Shown piece by piece: positions 18,501-23,955 of a DNA stretch of 32,000 bases. Each line of letters opens with the position of its first letter. The stretch's first letter is position 1. Source of the stretch: an uncultured archaeon (GTDB lineage Archaea; Iainarchaeota; Iainarchaeia; Iainarchaeales; 0-14-0-20-30-16); the NCBI GenBank assembly GCA_964480435.1, contig CAYZSS010000002.1, positions 1 to 32,000 of the forward strand, given 5' to 3'. The notes under the pieces are model-generated. The model worked only from the letters and a program-made list of their open reading frames with translations, ran no database searches and was not told the DNA's origin. The translations under genes were made by a program, and so were the position numbers.

Positions 18501-19885
18501 AGATATGCCCCATCTTGAGAGATTGTTACATGTGTATAACCATTAGTATCTGTTTCTGGGATAACATAGCTAAATATTTCAAACCCAGTAAATAAATCTT
18601 GAACAAATACATTTGCTCCTTCAATTGGTTTTTCATCTTCATCAAGCAATCTTATGTTAAATTTTTTAGAATTAAAAGAAGTTATTTCTTTTACGTCAAC
18701 AACAATTTCTTGTTGACCTGCAACAATGTTTATTTCTTTATTTGCAATAACACCATAGTTTCCATCTTTAGGGTTTATATCCACTAAATATTTACCGTAG
18801 GCATATATTGGCAGAATTGCAGCATTATTTTGGCTATCTCCAGAAAATAAAATTTCATTAGTCAAAGTTTTTAAAACAACAGAAAAATTAATATCTTCAT
18901 CTAATTTTAAAACAAAGTTCCCTAAAGTATTTTTTTCTACAATTATTTTTGATGATACTCCTGGTTCAGTTAAAGTAATTGTTTGGTTAGTAGTCAAATA
19001 GCCAGTAACAGTAACATAAACTTTGTAAATTCCTACAGGAAGAGCCTTTGATTTGTAAGACCCACTCACTGAGTAATCAATTTCAACAGGAGTGATTAAA
19101 TCTTTTACATTATATACAGTTACTGTTCCATCCTTTGACGCATCTACAGAATCAACAATGGTTAATGAAATAAAAGCAGTAGGAATTTCGCTTGTGCCTC
19201 CCAAATTAGCTTGAGTTAAGCTACTAAATGTAACAATACAAGAGGTAGAATCACAACTTTTTTGTGCTTGAGAATACCCTTCCGCACTAGCAACAATATT
19301 CAAAGTGCCACAATCATCAGGAACCTCTACTTCAACATATGCATTAGTAGTTGTTTTTGATTTTTCAGAGTCTGGCAAAGTTACATTTTCACATTCAAAA
19401 TATGCGCTTGCAGAATTTACATTATCGTATCCTGACTTAAAAAATACCTCAACAGGTATTATTTTTTTCTTAGCAGTTAGAATAACTTTGATTTCATCTG
19501 CAAAAGAAAAGGTATCATCTATGCCATACTTAGCAGTATCCACTTTTATCCTATATGAATCACTTTTAGGCACAGCCCCTGAGAAAGTTCCATCTTTTGC
19601 TTCAAAAGAGTAATTATTATCTCCAACAAATAACGAAAATTGCAAATTATCTGCAATTTTTATTGGACCATTAAAGAATGAAATTGTTACATTTGTGTAT
19701 GATGGAATTAAAGCCCAAACAACTAAACCGATAATTATCAAAAAAAGAATAAAGAAAAATATCATTGACGGCATAATTTTATCTATTTTGTCTACAATTG
19801 CATGTGCAGGAAAAATAGTGTCTAAACTATCAATCATTTTGTAGTATTTATCTTCCAAACCAAAATAGAAATCCTTAAAGCCCAT
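12575..19885 (-). CDS. Giant (about 2,436 aa) type-II membrane-anchored surface protein with beta-sandwich repeats and an internal Ala/Thr-rich hydrophobic insertion; paralog of the downstream giant gene
   Basis: A 7.3-kb uninterrupted ORF. The ORF-track start at 19894 is GTG. The ATG at 19885 gives MGFKDFYFGLEDKYY, which aligns with the paralog's MGLKEFYYGLEDKYY, so I prefer it. One TM helix follows the N-terminal module. CarboxypepD_reg-like repeats are present (e.g. LLDEDEKPIEGANVFVQD...TDTNGYTHVTISQDGAYLFRAYKGY). The tail is acidic (EYKEEAEEAE). Confidence 0.9.
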   Translation of the reverse strand: MGFKDFYFGLEDKYYKMIDSLDTIFPAHAIVDKIDKIMPSMIFFFILFLIIIGLVVWALIPSYTNVTISFFNGPIKIADNLQFSLFVGDNNYSFEAKDGTFSGAVPKSDSYRIKVDTAKYGIDDTFSFADEIKVILTAKKKIIPVEVFFKSGYDNVNSASAYFECENVTLPDSEKSKTTTNAYVEVEVPDDCGTLNIVASAEGYSQAQKSCDSTSCIVTFSSLTQANLGGTSEIPTAFISLTIVDSVDASKDGTVTVYNVKDLITPVEIDYSVSGSYKSKALPVGIYKVYVTVTGYLTTNQTITLTEPGVSSKIIVEKNTLGNFVLKLDEDINFSVVLKTLTNEILFSGDSQNNAAILPIYAYGKYLVDINPKDGNYGVIANKEINIVAGQQEIVVDVKEITSFNSKKFNIRLLDEDEKPIEGANVFVQDLFTGFEIFSYVIPETDTNGYTHVTISQDGAYLFRAYKGYSEGMSDQVQVTETSNTEIPQEEVKVFLYLGNGSFDISVLDDLGYPIPFAEFSFFNKSTNIEKLGSKLSDNKGKMTFSLKAGTKKFFEVKSEGYLPFFSESRVLTPQIIWDGNVNLEPQKFKDDEEKARVTFLGIFDSMGGEKTSFEIGKEVYLGYDIHLYQDVSEMEFQYITGTNSTDVEQDPLFIIGDYASSQIDSMYEDFEKNNPTEDEGKVLTAKWNKGVEGSDVEKGTYRIYIKIKVRNDSSVSLYSSLNVSWELFLDNSSVSESHEEKQYFLGSSLDCTDMFCAKTSVLDLESQLYLENLGNVNKNEQKYSLVIGKGYKTEFTLMNGITATDGEIKNGYLKAHTANAPGQSFLVVENDLDNYNYFNFTNITLSGPNTQSQNWSSAKSMLVDKYEFTNFFANKTINGNFDFIPTTDKANYLNFWIIDTDKQVPVRGEPAFNYSFIPDAAHSLAIKFFPNTVLVPTKAQDLKVYVYDETGSIIKDAVVSIFKKGQSDDGYYAVQSDSCVNMVTDYEGKILCKLPPLEKGTFIQILAYKPGYKSYKHKDLTPDLKVLAEIVTFNPEKLEIDLAYPKEKVKTADLEITNASAQDLILENAEIIFDKYSQDSKYLLNWEAMESYFNSEFNGKVIYGMEEGMEPNETNLQYFFKVIAKESSTNTIPVDKISGKIKLHLSTSPGDIVLEIPFTITFRLDSYPENASECLSISMVDNQTDFYLEKEISAQVEIVNSCLLDVANVKLATLDKAFVQLSLEDGSYGVAGYTISIPDKMSATLDIGFPTLVFENWKADFNPIIAGLGITPRTTKGTQKIGIKLIGYVNTESGPAKIESNKIEINVSAMNLADCIGVYDTEGEKIEKLDFEVFDSTAYLSSFENIGQKINGPSKEIEIKNECVGSTLFVRVCKDNEYPPNFSAGCGNENTEARLRFSDDKLTDGVKIVGGESKEIEIYRPSIPGAYALDIWLRTPDQFGFKKIYDLKTNVQTTSGYGLFSYSPFLQVNTDGNSDVMYLFNTDVRLYSLMDLEVLSKINTCEGEESGCWDSLDRLNFSSNLGTYSGDKVDNDADARAAVFIASAATTTAGAITFAAIALTLPTIAATTYMSATGALLITAAATAPIPVAGWIICGIAAAAAATMVIVAAISDFEQSTEYFIYNNGDVTIPPYRIDLDTGKLTDTLGVEKVLSEDIIKSMDLTGEAYFRLYHVNKQVAGSVGFTDGDHKKDLWFKVSCGPGYEVYEPGIIIHDTKKQICGWPEKPYEITGNSVEFKPDCSGAGFLDGFELKSNVYVLCKMDNKTWLSEQFKGIPYGLPGTGLARVIFTKPTESLLPGNNYFDISFNMENSLDTEGTKYNYRVALYNPLQEEQKSIPLGAPCTNSKGDVLGFTGENAAPKIEYNWSWKDGAGPYKKLAFCGEDNYCDSTQLLMNMFNRIDTFNKDIKTLGALSVPMLPPIPEGVDVDINYLDAVAEQIGVTNMRVQQNPDTKEVYFIVTKTQDSNISKISVSGTGIDIQDLVNLSETNPNIYLFTLITDVKKYSDLNNIEKEFILNVVNVNAAKTKTLLVKVKFKYYPPLPQTAMNIPLSTEINNGMMQISNYFLDVNGQIPKETNDKLNAAKDKIYFQADLMKDGFGEDFINDFVDACNDDFFECPDHIISTYLPLLKSGKLKILNVDGTKTLSGPGKYLVRTIITYDNMDLEIKDIYILLEKAETPVQDNILYYMPLDGPVGITNYVVDRQGYGVDFSGNTIDLFKMGDYLKKATTDSTSNPINTLDTSNDYSFVKANKIDRGSVLSIDKIADGFVSVNFVPLMQTKIDSTVKVNPTGDTKFCYSVLVDSQTYDSPDSVLPFFAKDANLLDFTGQKLADNYPKSSEPNVCGNQSGIKYNQESVTSDTKDIELYAYIYTKENAGTVSYKSPINMLSNGNPTSKQGTGKTLQDVFTDISGEKLCINSTSQWMNVFWNEYKEEAEEAE

Positions 19886-19910
19886 AAAAATCACGGTACA
19901 AGATTAAAAC

Positions 19911-19920
19911 TATATATAAA
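19911..19920 (-). promoter_or_regulatory. TATA-box-like element upstream of the first giant gene
   Basis: The minus strand reads TTTATATATA, centred about 30 nt upstream of the ATG at 19885. This would give a leaderless or very short-leader mRNA. Confidence 0.35.
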
Positions 19921-19983
19921 TAGTTATATGTATTAAAAAGATTACCTTTTTTGCAGTTTATTTACAGAAAAATACGGGCTTTA

Positions 19984-20460
19984 TCAAATTCTAAGAATAT
20001 AAGGTCTTACTCCTTTACCAAGAGGATATTTTTCAAAGCCAAGTTTTTCATAAAATCCCTGTGCATCTTCTGTAGAATTAAGCATAATTCTTTTTAACCC
20101 ATTCTTTACTGCAAAGTCTTTTACTTTATTTACAAGCAATTTGCCTATTCCAAAATGTCTCAGAACACTTGGTTTATTACCTATCTGCCCCACATAAAGA
20201 TTCTGTATTATTAGTACATCTTTTACAATACAAAAATCCATCGCCCCCAAACCATTTGGCAAGGTAATTTTATATTGCCCAGGACGAGAAAACGCTGATT
20301 CAATTTTTGCCTTAGACCACAATACATCAAGAAGTTCATCTTTTCTTTTTGACAATTCATCTATAGCCAAAGAATACATTAAACCTTTTTCTGGATTCCG
20401 TTCAGTTATTCTTCTTTTAAGTGTTTCTATATCTTGTGCATGTATTGTTCTATGAGACAT
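19984..20460 (-). CDS. GNAT-family N-acetyltransferase
   Basis: 158 aa. The acetyl-CoA binding motif A is RHFGIGKLLVNKVKDFAVKNGLKRIML, followed by GFYEKLGFE. A TATA-like TTTTTATTAT lies about 25 nt upstream of the ATG. Confidence 0.8.
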   Translation of the reverse strand: MSHRTIHAQDIETLKRRITERNPEKGLMYSLAIDELSKRKDELLDVLWSKAKIESAFSRPGQYKITLPNGLGAMDFCIVKDVLIIQNLYVGQIGNKPSVLRHFGIGKLLVNKVKDFAVKNGLKRIMLNSTEDAQGFYEKLGFEKYPLGKGVRPYILRI

Positions 20461-20520
20461 ATAGGAAAAAGACCAAGAAATAATAAAAATGTATTACAAA
20501 ATTAGAAGCCTTCAAACTTA

Positions 20521-20686
20521 GGTTTTGGCAAACCTAACATTTTTTCAAAAGGCTGGACGCAGGGAGAGGGATTCGAACTGCCCTTTTAGGAAAAGGGTAA
20601 GTTGCCCAAAAATGAATCCCTCTACATGAGGTTTTGGCAAACCTAGCATTTTTTCAAAAGGCTGGACGCAGGGAGAGGGATTCGAA
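20521..20686 (-). repeat. 57-nt direct repeat (20521-20577 and 20630-20686, 1 mismatch) covering the tRNA-Ser 3' end plus its trailer
   Basis: gttttggcaaaccta[a/g]cattttttcaaaaggctggacgcagggagagggattcgaac occurs twice, 109 nt apart. The single difference is at 20536 versus 20645. Confidence 0.9.
20557..20576 (-). pseudogene. Isolated copy of the tRNA-Ser 3' fragment (T-loop to discriminator, positions about 54-73) preceded by a leader-like hairpin
   Basis: On the minus strand, TTCGAATCCCTCTCCCTGCG is identical to the 3' end of the tRNA-Ser at 20666-20749. It sits inside a 57-nt direct repeat. No 5' tRNA body lies upstream of it. Confidence 0.5.
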
Positions 20687-20749
20687 CCCTCGCCTCCTTT
20701 CAGAGACTGGCTTTCCAGACCAGCGCGTTGAACCGCTTCGCTACCCCTG
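20666..20749 (-). tRNA. tRNA-Ser (anticodon GGA), no intron, CCA not encoded
   Basis: Hand-folded cloverleaf. Acceptor GCAGGGG/TCCCTGC. 3-bp D stem GCG/CGC with a large loop. Anticodon stem CTGGT/GCCAG with loop CT-GGA-AA. Long variable arm CTCT-GAAA-GGAG. T arm GAGGG-TTCGAAT-CCCTC. Discriminator G. Confidence 0.85.
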
Positions 20750-20971
20750 CCTGCCCTTTTTACAAAAAGGGTGAGTGGCCCAAAAAAGGCCATATCCGCA
20801 AATCAAAGATTTGGGATATTCCTTATTAAAGATATTATTCCTGGGCAAATTAATAAAAATACATCCATAAAAACAATATAAAAATCGTTAAGGAGTTTTA
20901 TACCTCCAAATTCTTTCTTTTTAGCAAACCAGAAAAGGGCCTTTATGGCCCATGTTTTCTTTACAGACTGT

Positions 20972-20996
20972 AGCTTTCTTTTTTGAAAAGAAAGCT
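20972..20996. terminator. Palindromic hairpin with T/A runs immediately downstream of tRNA-Gly
   Basis: AGCTTTCTTTTTTGAAAAGAAAGCT lies 7 nt beyond the tRNA-Gly 3' end on the minus strand. Confidence 0.4.
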
Positions 20997-21002
20997 TAGG
21001 TA

Positions 21003-21074
21003 TGCGGCCGTCGGGATTCGAACCCGAACGAACGGCTTGGAAGGCCATTATGCTAACCGTTACATCACGGCCGC
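21003..21074 (-). tRNA. tRNA-Gly (anticodon UCC), no intron, CCA not encoded
   Basis: Hand-folded cloverleaf. Acceptor GCGGCCG/CGGCCGC. D stem ATGT/GCAT. Anticodon stem ATGGC/GCCGT with loop CT-TCC-AA. T arm TCGGG-TTCGAAT-CCCGA. Discriminator A. Confidence 0.85.
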
Positions 21075-21126
21075 TCTAGTCTTTTAAAAAAAAGCTTTTA
21101 AAGTAATAAACATAAATATGGAAATA

Positions 21127-21136
21127 TTTTTATATA
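21127..21136 (+). promoter_or_regulatory. TATA-box-like element upstream of the GGDEF gene (suggests a leaderless transcript)
   Basis: TTTTTATATA is centred about 25 nt upstream of the ATG at 21156, and there is no Shine-Dalgarno-like sequence in between. Confidence 0.35.
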
Positions 21137-21155
21137 GATTTAATTTATATTTGTT

Positions 21156-22145
21156 ATGGTTCCAAAACCCAAGAGAGTAATACCTAAAGCAGGACAAACA
21201 CAATTACCAGGCGTAGGTGCAAAATTTCTTGGGAGACACCATGAACAAAGGGTAATGAGAGCAATATATACTAAAACAAAAGATCCTAAAGCACCGATAG
21301 ACCGAAGAATACACCCAAAAAACAGCCCAATGGGTAGAGCACAACTACTTGATTTTATAATAGAAAACCACGACCTTCTAAAAGATAGAGCAATAGGCGA
21401 ATTTTATGAAGATATAAGAGGCATGACCCAAACCGAAATAAAATCACGAAAAGAAGAGTTAGATTCTTTTTTAAGGGTTTTAGATGAAACATATAAAAAA
21501 ATAAGAAAAGGAAATCTTGAAACTTTAGTAAATTACGCCGAAAGAGATGAAAAAACGCTATTATTAACTGCACAAGGATTTATTACAAGAATAAGGCAGT
21601 ATGTAACTAATCCACACAGAGTATTTGGCTATTTTGTAATTGATATGAATAATCTAAAAAGAATTAATGATGGGATATCACATACACTTGGAGACAGTTA
21701 TCTTAGGACAATGGGTGAAATTGGATTAGAATTACAAAAAATATATGCTCAGTCAAATATTAAGTTCACTTTTGCAAGAACTGGCGGAGATGAATTTGAA
21801 ATTTTGTTAAGCATGCCCAGAGATAAAGGATATAATTATGAAGAAACTGCAAAAAACTTTATTAGACAAATTAGAGCAATAGGAAAAAAAAGATGGGATG
21901 AAAAAAGAACAAGAGTAGCAACCGAATTAAGAATTGCAGAAGAGAATATACCTGAAATATCTTTCGCAGTTGGCTCTTTCATTGATTTAAAAACTTGCCC
22001 AATAACAATAACAGACCCAGGAAGTTATGAAAGAATTACTCCAGAACAAAGAGATAATATTGACCTATACATTGAAGACATAAGAGATAAAGCAGATAGA
22101 CACATGCAAGAAAATAAAGCAGAAATGAAAGAAAGAAGGAGATAA
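21156..22145 (+). CDS. GGDEF-domain protein (putative diguanylate or other dinucleotide cyclase) with a basic N-terminal extension
   Basis: 329 aa. The motifs appear in order: LLLTAQGFITRI (cf. D-LTGL-NR), FVIDMNNLKRINDGISHTLGDSYL (cf. DxDxFKxxND..GHxxGD), an intact GGDEF at nt 21783-21797, and the C-terminal ADRHMQENK (cf. ADxAMYxAK). There is no RxxD inhibitory site five residues upstream of GGDEF. Confidence 0.8.
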   Translation: MVPKPKRVIPKAGQTQLPGVGAKFLGRHHEQRVMRAIYTKTKDPKAPIDRRIHPKNSPMGRAQLLDFIIENHDLLKDRAIGEFYEDIRGMTQTEIKSRKEELDSFLRVLDETYKKIRKGNLETLVNYAERDEKTLLLTAQGFITRIRQYVTNPHRVFGYFVIDMNNLKRINDGISHTLGDSYLRTMGEIGLELQKIYAQSNIKFTFARTGGDEFEILLSMPRDKGYNYEETAKNFIRQIRAIGKKRWDEKRTRVATELRIAEENIPEISFAVGSFIDLKTCPITITDPGSYERITPEQRDNIDLYIEDIRDKADRHMQENKAEMKERRR

Positions 22146-22148
22146 TAT

Positions 22149-22904
22149 TTGCCTAAACCCTACGACCCACATAAACACTTCACAAGTATAATGAATAGGG
22201 AGCAAACTAATTCTATTGATATCCTATTAAAAGCGATCTTAGAAAGTGGAGTAAAACAGGGCATGAGTCAGGAAATGACTTACAAATTATTGGAAGCAGC
22301 AAGAAGGCTTAAAGACCAAAGGCTTAGAAGAAAAAGATTAAAGGTAACATCAAAAAAAGAAGGGCTCTCATTTTGGGAAGTTAAAAAAAGAACTAATGTT
22401 TATTCTTTTAAAGAAACAAAGGAATGGACTTATAGAGATTACTATAATCCGGATTATGTTAAAAACTCTATTTTATCTGCCAGCGTTAAAGGACCACACT
22501 TAGTATTATATGACAAAACAGGAAATCCAAGATTTGTTTTAGGATATGATTTAAACTACTGGAGGAATACTATAATCTATGCAATTCAGAAAGTAAGAAC
22601 AAAAAATGCATATAGTGCAGATACCTCCGGATATTTTACTGAACGAAAAGAATATAGACACAAGCTGGAAGAAGAGGAAACAGAAAAATTTAAACAAGAA
22701 TTAGGAATGTATCCATCCGAGTTTTTATTGTCAGAGTTTATTTTAAGAAACAGAGCACAATTGTCAACAGGAAACAAAATTTTCTTTAGGGTTGCAAAAC
22801 ACGACCCAATATATGCCCCCCTTATTAGTAGATTCTGTAAAAATGAGGACATTCAAGAAATAGATGTAACCAAAAAAAGAGTAAGAGAGATTCTTGGGCT
22901 TTAA
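22149..22904 (+). CDS. Hypothetical basic protein, tightly linked downstream of the GGDEF gene; I recognise no family
   Basis: 251-aa ORF beginning 3 nt after the GGDEF stop. The ORF-track start at 22149 is TTG. The first in-frame ATG is at 22191, so the start is uncertain. It is Lys/Arg-rich (RLKDQRLRRKRLKV) and its stop overlaps the convergent deaminase stop. Confidence 0.6.
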   Translation: MPKPYDPHKHFTSIMNREQTNSIDILLKAILESGVKQGMSQEMTYKLLEAARRLKDQRLRRKRLKVTSKKEGLSFWEVKKRTNVYSFKETKEWTYRDYYNPDYVKNSILSASVKGPHLVLYDKTGNPRFVLGYDLNYWRNTIIYAIQKVRTKNAYSADTSGYFTERKEYRHKLEEEETEKFKQELGMYPSEFLLSEFILRNRAQLSTGNKIFFRVAKHDPIYAPLISRFCKNEDIQEIDVTKKRVREILGL

Positions 22905-23368
22905 TATCTCTTCAATTTTACTTTTTTTAATAAATTAAAAGCTTCTTTTCCTTCTTCAACTTCACATCTATTTTTTTCAATTATTCCTAAGTGTGCTTCC
23001 CTTATCATTTTATCATTACTAAGGGCTATTTCATCAAACCCTGCTTTTTTTGCATCAATTATGCTTGTTGAGAAATATACTTTTTTTATTCCTGCCCAGT
23101 GAATCGCGGATAAACACATAGGACATGGTTCAGTAGAAGAATATAATTCTGCAGTTTCTAATTTTATTTTTTTCAATTTTCTACAAGCTTTAGAAATACA
23201 ATTTATTTCTGCATGTCTTGTTGGATCTTTTTTTTTCAAAACTGTGTTGTGTGCCTTGAATACTTTGCCATTTACCACAATAACCGCACCAAAAGGTCCA
23301 CCATGTTTTTTCTTTACTGCTTTTTTTGCTTCATCAATAGCCATTAGCATATATTTTTTTTCGTACAT
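22901..23368 (-). CDS. CDA-fold zinc deaminase (guanine deaminase GuaD / TadA-like nucleoside-nucleotide deaminase)
   Basis: 155 aa. It carries GGPFGAVIV, the HAE zinc/catalytic motif (PTRHAEINCI) and PCPMC (TEPCPMCLSAIHWAGIKKVYF). Confidence 0.8.
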   Translation of the reverse strand: MYEKKYMLMAIDEAKKAVKKKHGGPFGAVIVVNGKVFKAHNTVLKKKDPTRHAEINCISKACRKLKKIKLETAELYSSTEPCPMCLSAIHWAGIKKVYFSTSIIDAKKAGFDEIALSNDKMIREAHLGIIEKNRCEVEEGKEAFNLLKKVKLKRY

Positions 23369-23428
23369 GTTAAATATAGAATGCCACCATATATAAAATT
23401 AATTATTACATAAGTTATTAGGGATTAC

Positions 23429-23875
23429 ATGTTACAAACTCTTAGCAAAAAAGACATAAAAGAACTTAATGAAAAAATCAAAGTGTACAATTTAGAAATC
23501 AGTACAAAAGAAAGGGTACAAAGAATAAACAATATAATTATACAAAATAATGTGCCACTATTTTTTGAATTAGATAACAAAATTATCCCAACACTAAAAA
23601 ATAATAGTTTAACATTTCCAAAAGTATACATTGACCGAGGAGCAATACTGTTCATAGTAAAAGGAGCAGACCTAATGAAACCAGGTATTGTTTCAAATGA
23701 AGAATTTAAGAAAAATGACCTCGTTTTCATAGCTGACTCAGAACATAAAAAGAACCTTGCTCTAGGGATCGCCCTATTTGATTCAGCTGAGTTAAAAGAG
23801 ATTGAAAAAGGAAAGGTAGTAAAGAATATTCACTTTGTAGGAGATGCAATCTGGAATTTTGCCCTAAATAAGTAA
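23429..23875 (+). CDS. PUA-domain RNA-binding protein
   Basis: 148 aa. The C-terminal half has a PUA signature: VYIDRGAILFIVKGADLMKPGIV...NDLVFIADSEHKKNLALGIAL....GKVVKNIHFVGD. Confidence 0.7.
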   Translation: MLQTLSKKDIKELNEKIKVYNLEISTKERVQRINNIIIQNNVPLFFELDNKIIPTLKNNSLTFPKVYIDRGAILFIVKGADLMKPGIVSNEEFKKNDLVFIADSEHKKNLALGIALFDSAELKEIEKGKVVKNIHFVGDAIWNFALNK

Positions 23876-23880
23876 CAAGG

Positions 23881-23890
23881 TTTTATTAAA
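23881..23890 (+). promoter_or_regulatory. TATA-box-like element upstream of tRNA-Trp
   Basis: TTTTATTAAA is centred about 33 nt upstream of the mature tRNA 5' end (23919), consistent with a short leader. Confidence 0.3.
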
Positions 23891-23955
23891 GTATCCTTAC
23901 TTTTTTATTATATCTTATGGGGTTATAGTGTAGCGGCTAGCACTTCAGGCTCCAG

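Noticed and set aside
5889-19613. About a dozen 60-105-aa plus-strand ORFs in the ORF track (e.g. 5889-6083, 6304-6621, 13952-14218, 15558-15869, 19305-19613).
   Set aside because: All lie antisense inside the two giant minus-strand ORFs and have low-complexity or odd compositions. They are best explained as shadow ORFs.
20545-21048. ORFs 20545-20793 and 20803-21048 on the minus strand.
   Set aside because: They run straight through tRNA-Ser with its duplicated fragment and through tRNA-Gly. Their apparent coding potential is a by-product of the GC-richer tRNA sequence.
20521-21074. An integrated mobile element bounded by the duplicated tRNA-Ser 3' ends.
   Set aside because: The two repeat copies are only about 50 nt apart. 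No integrase, transposase or element cargo lies between or beside them. At most this is a scar, as discussed in the findings.
23425-23730. 101-aa minus-strand ORF overlapping the PUA-domain gene. The same applies to 22586-22852, 21355-21573, 25124-25603 and 28691-28885.
   Set aside because: Each is antisense to a longer ORF with clear family motifs, and none has motifs of its own.
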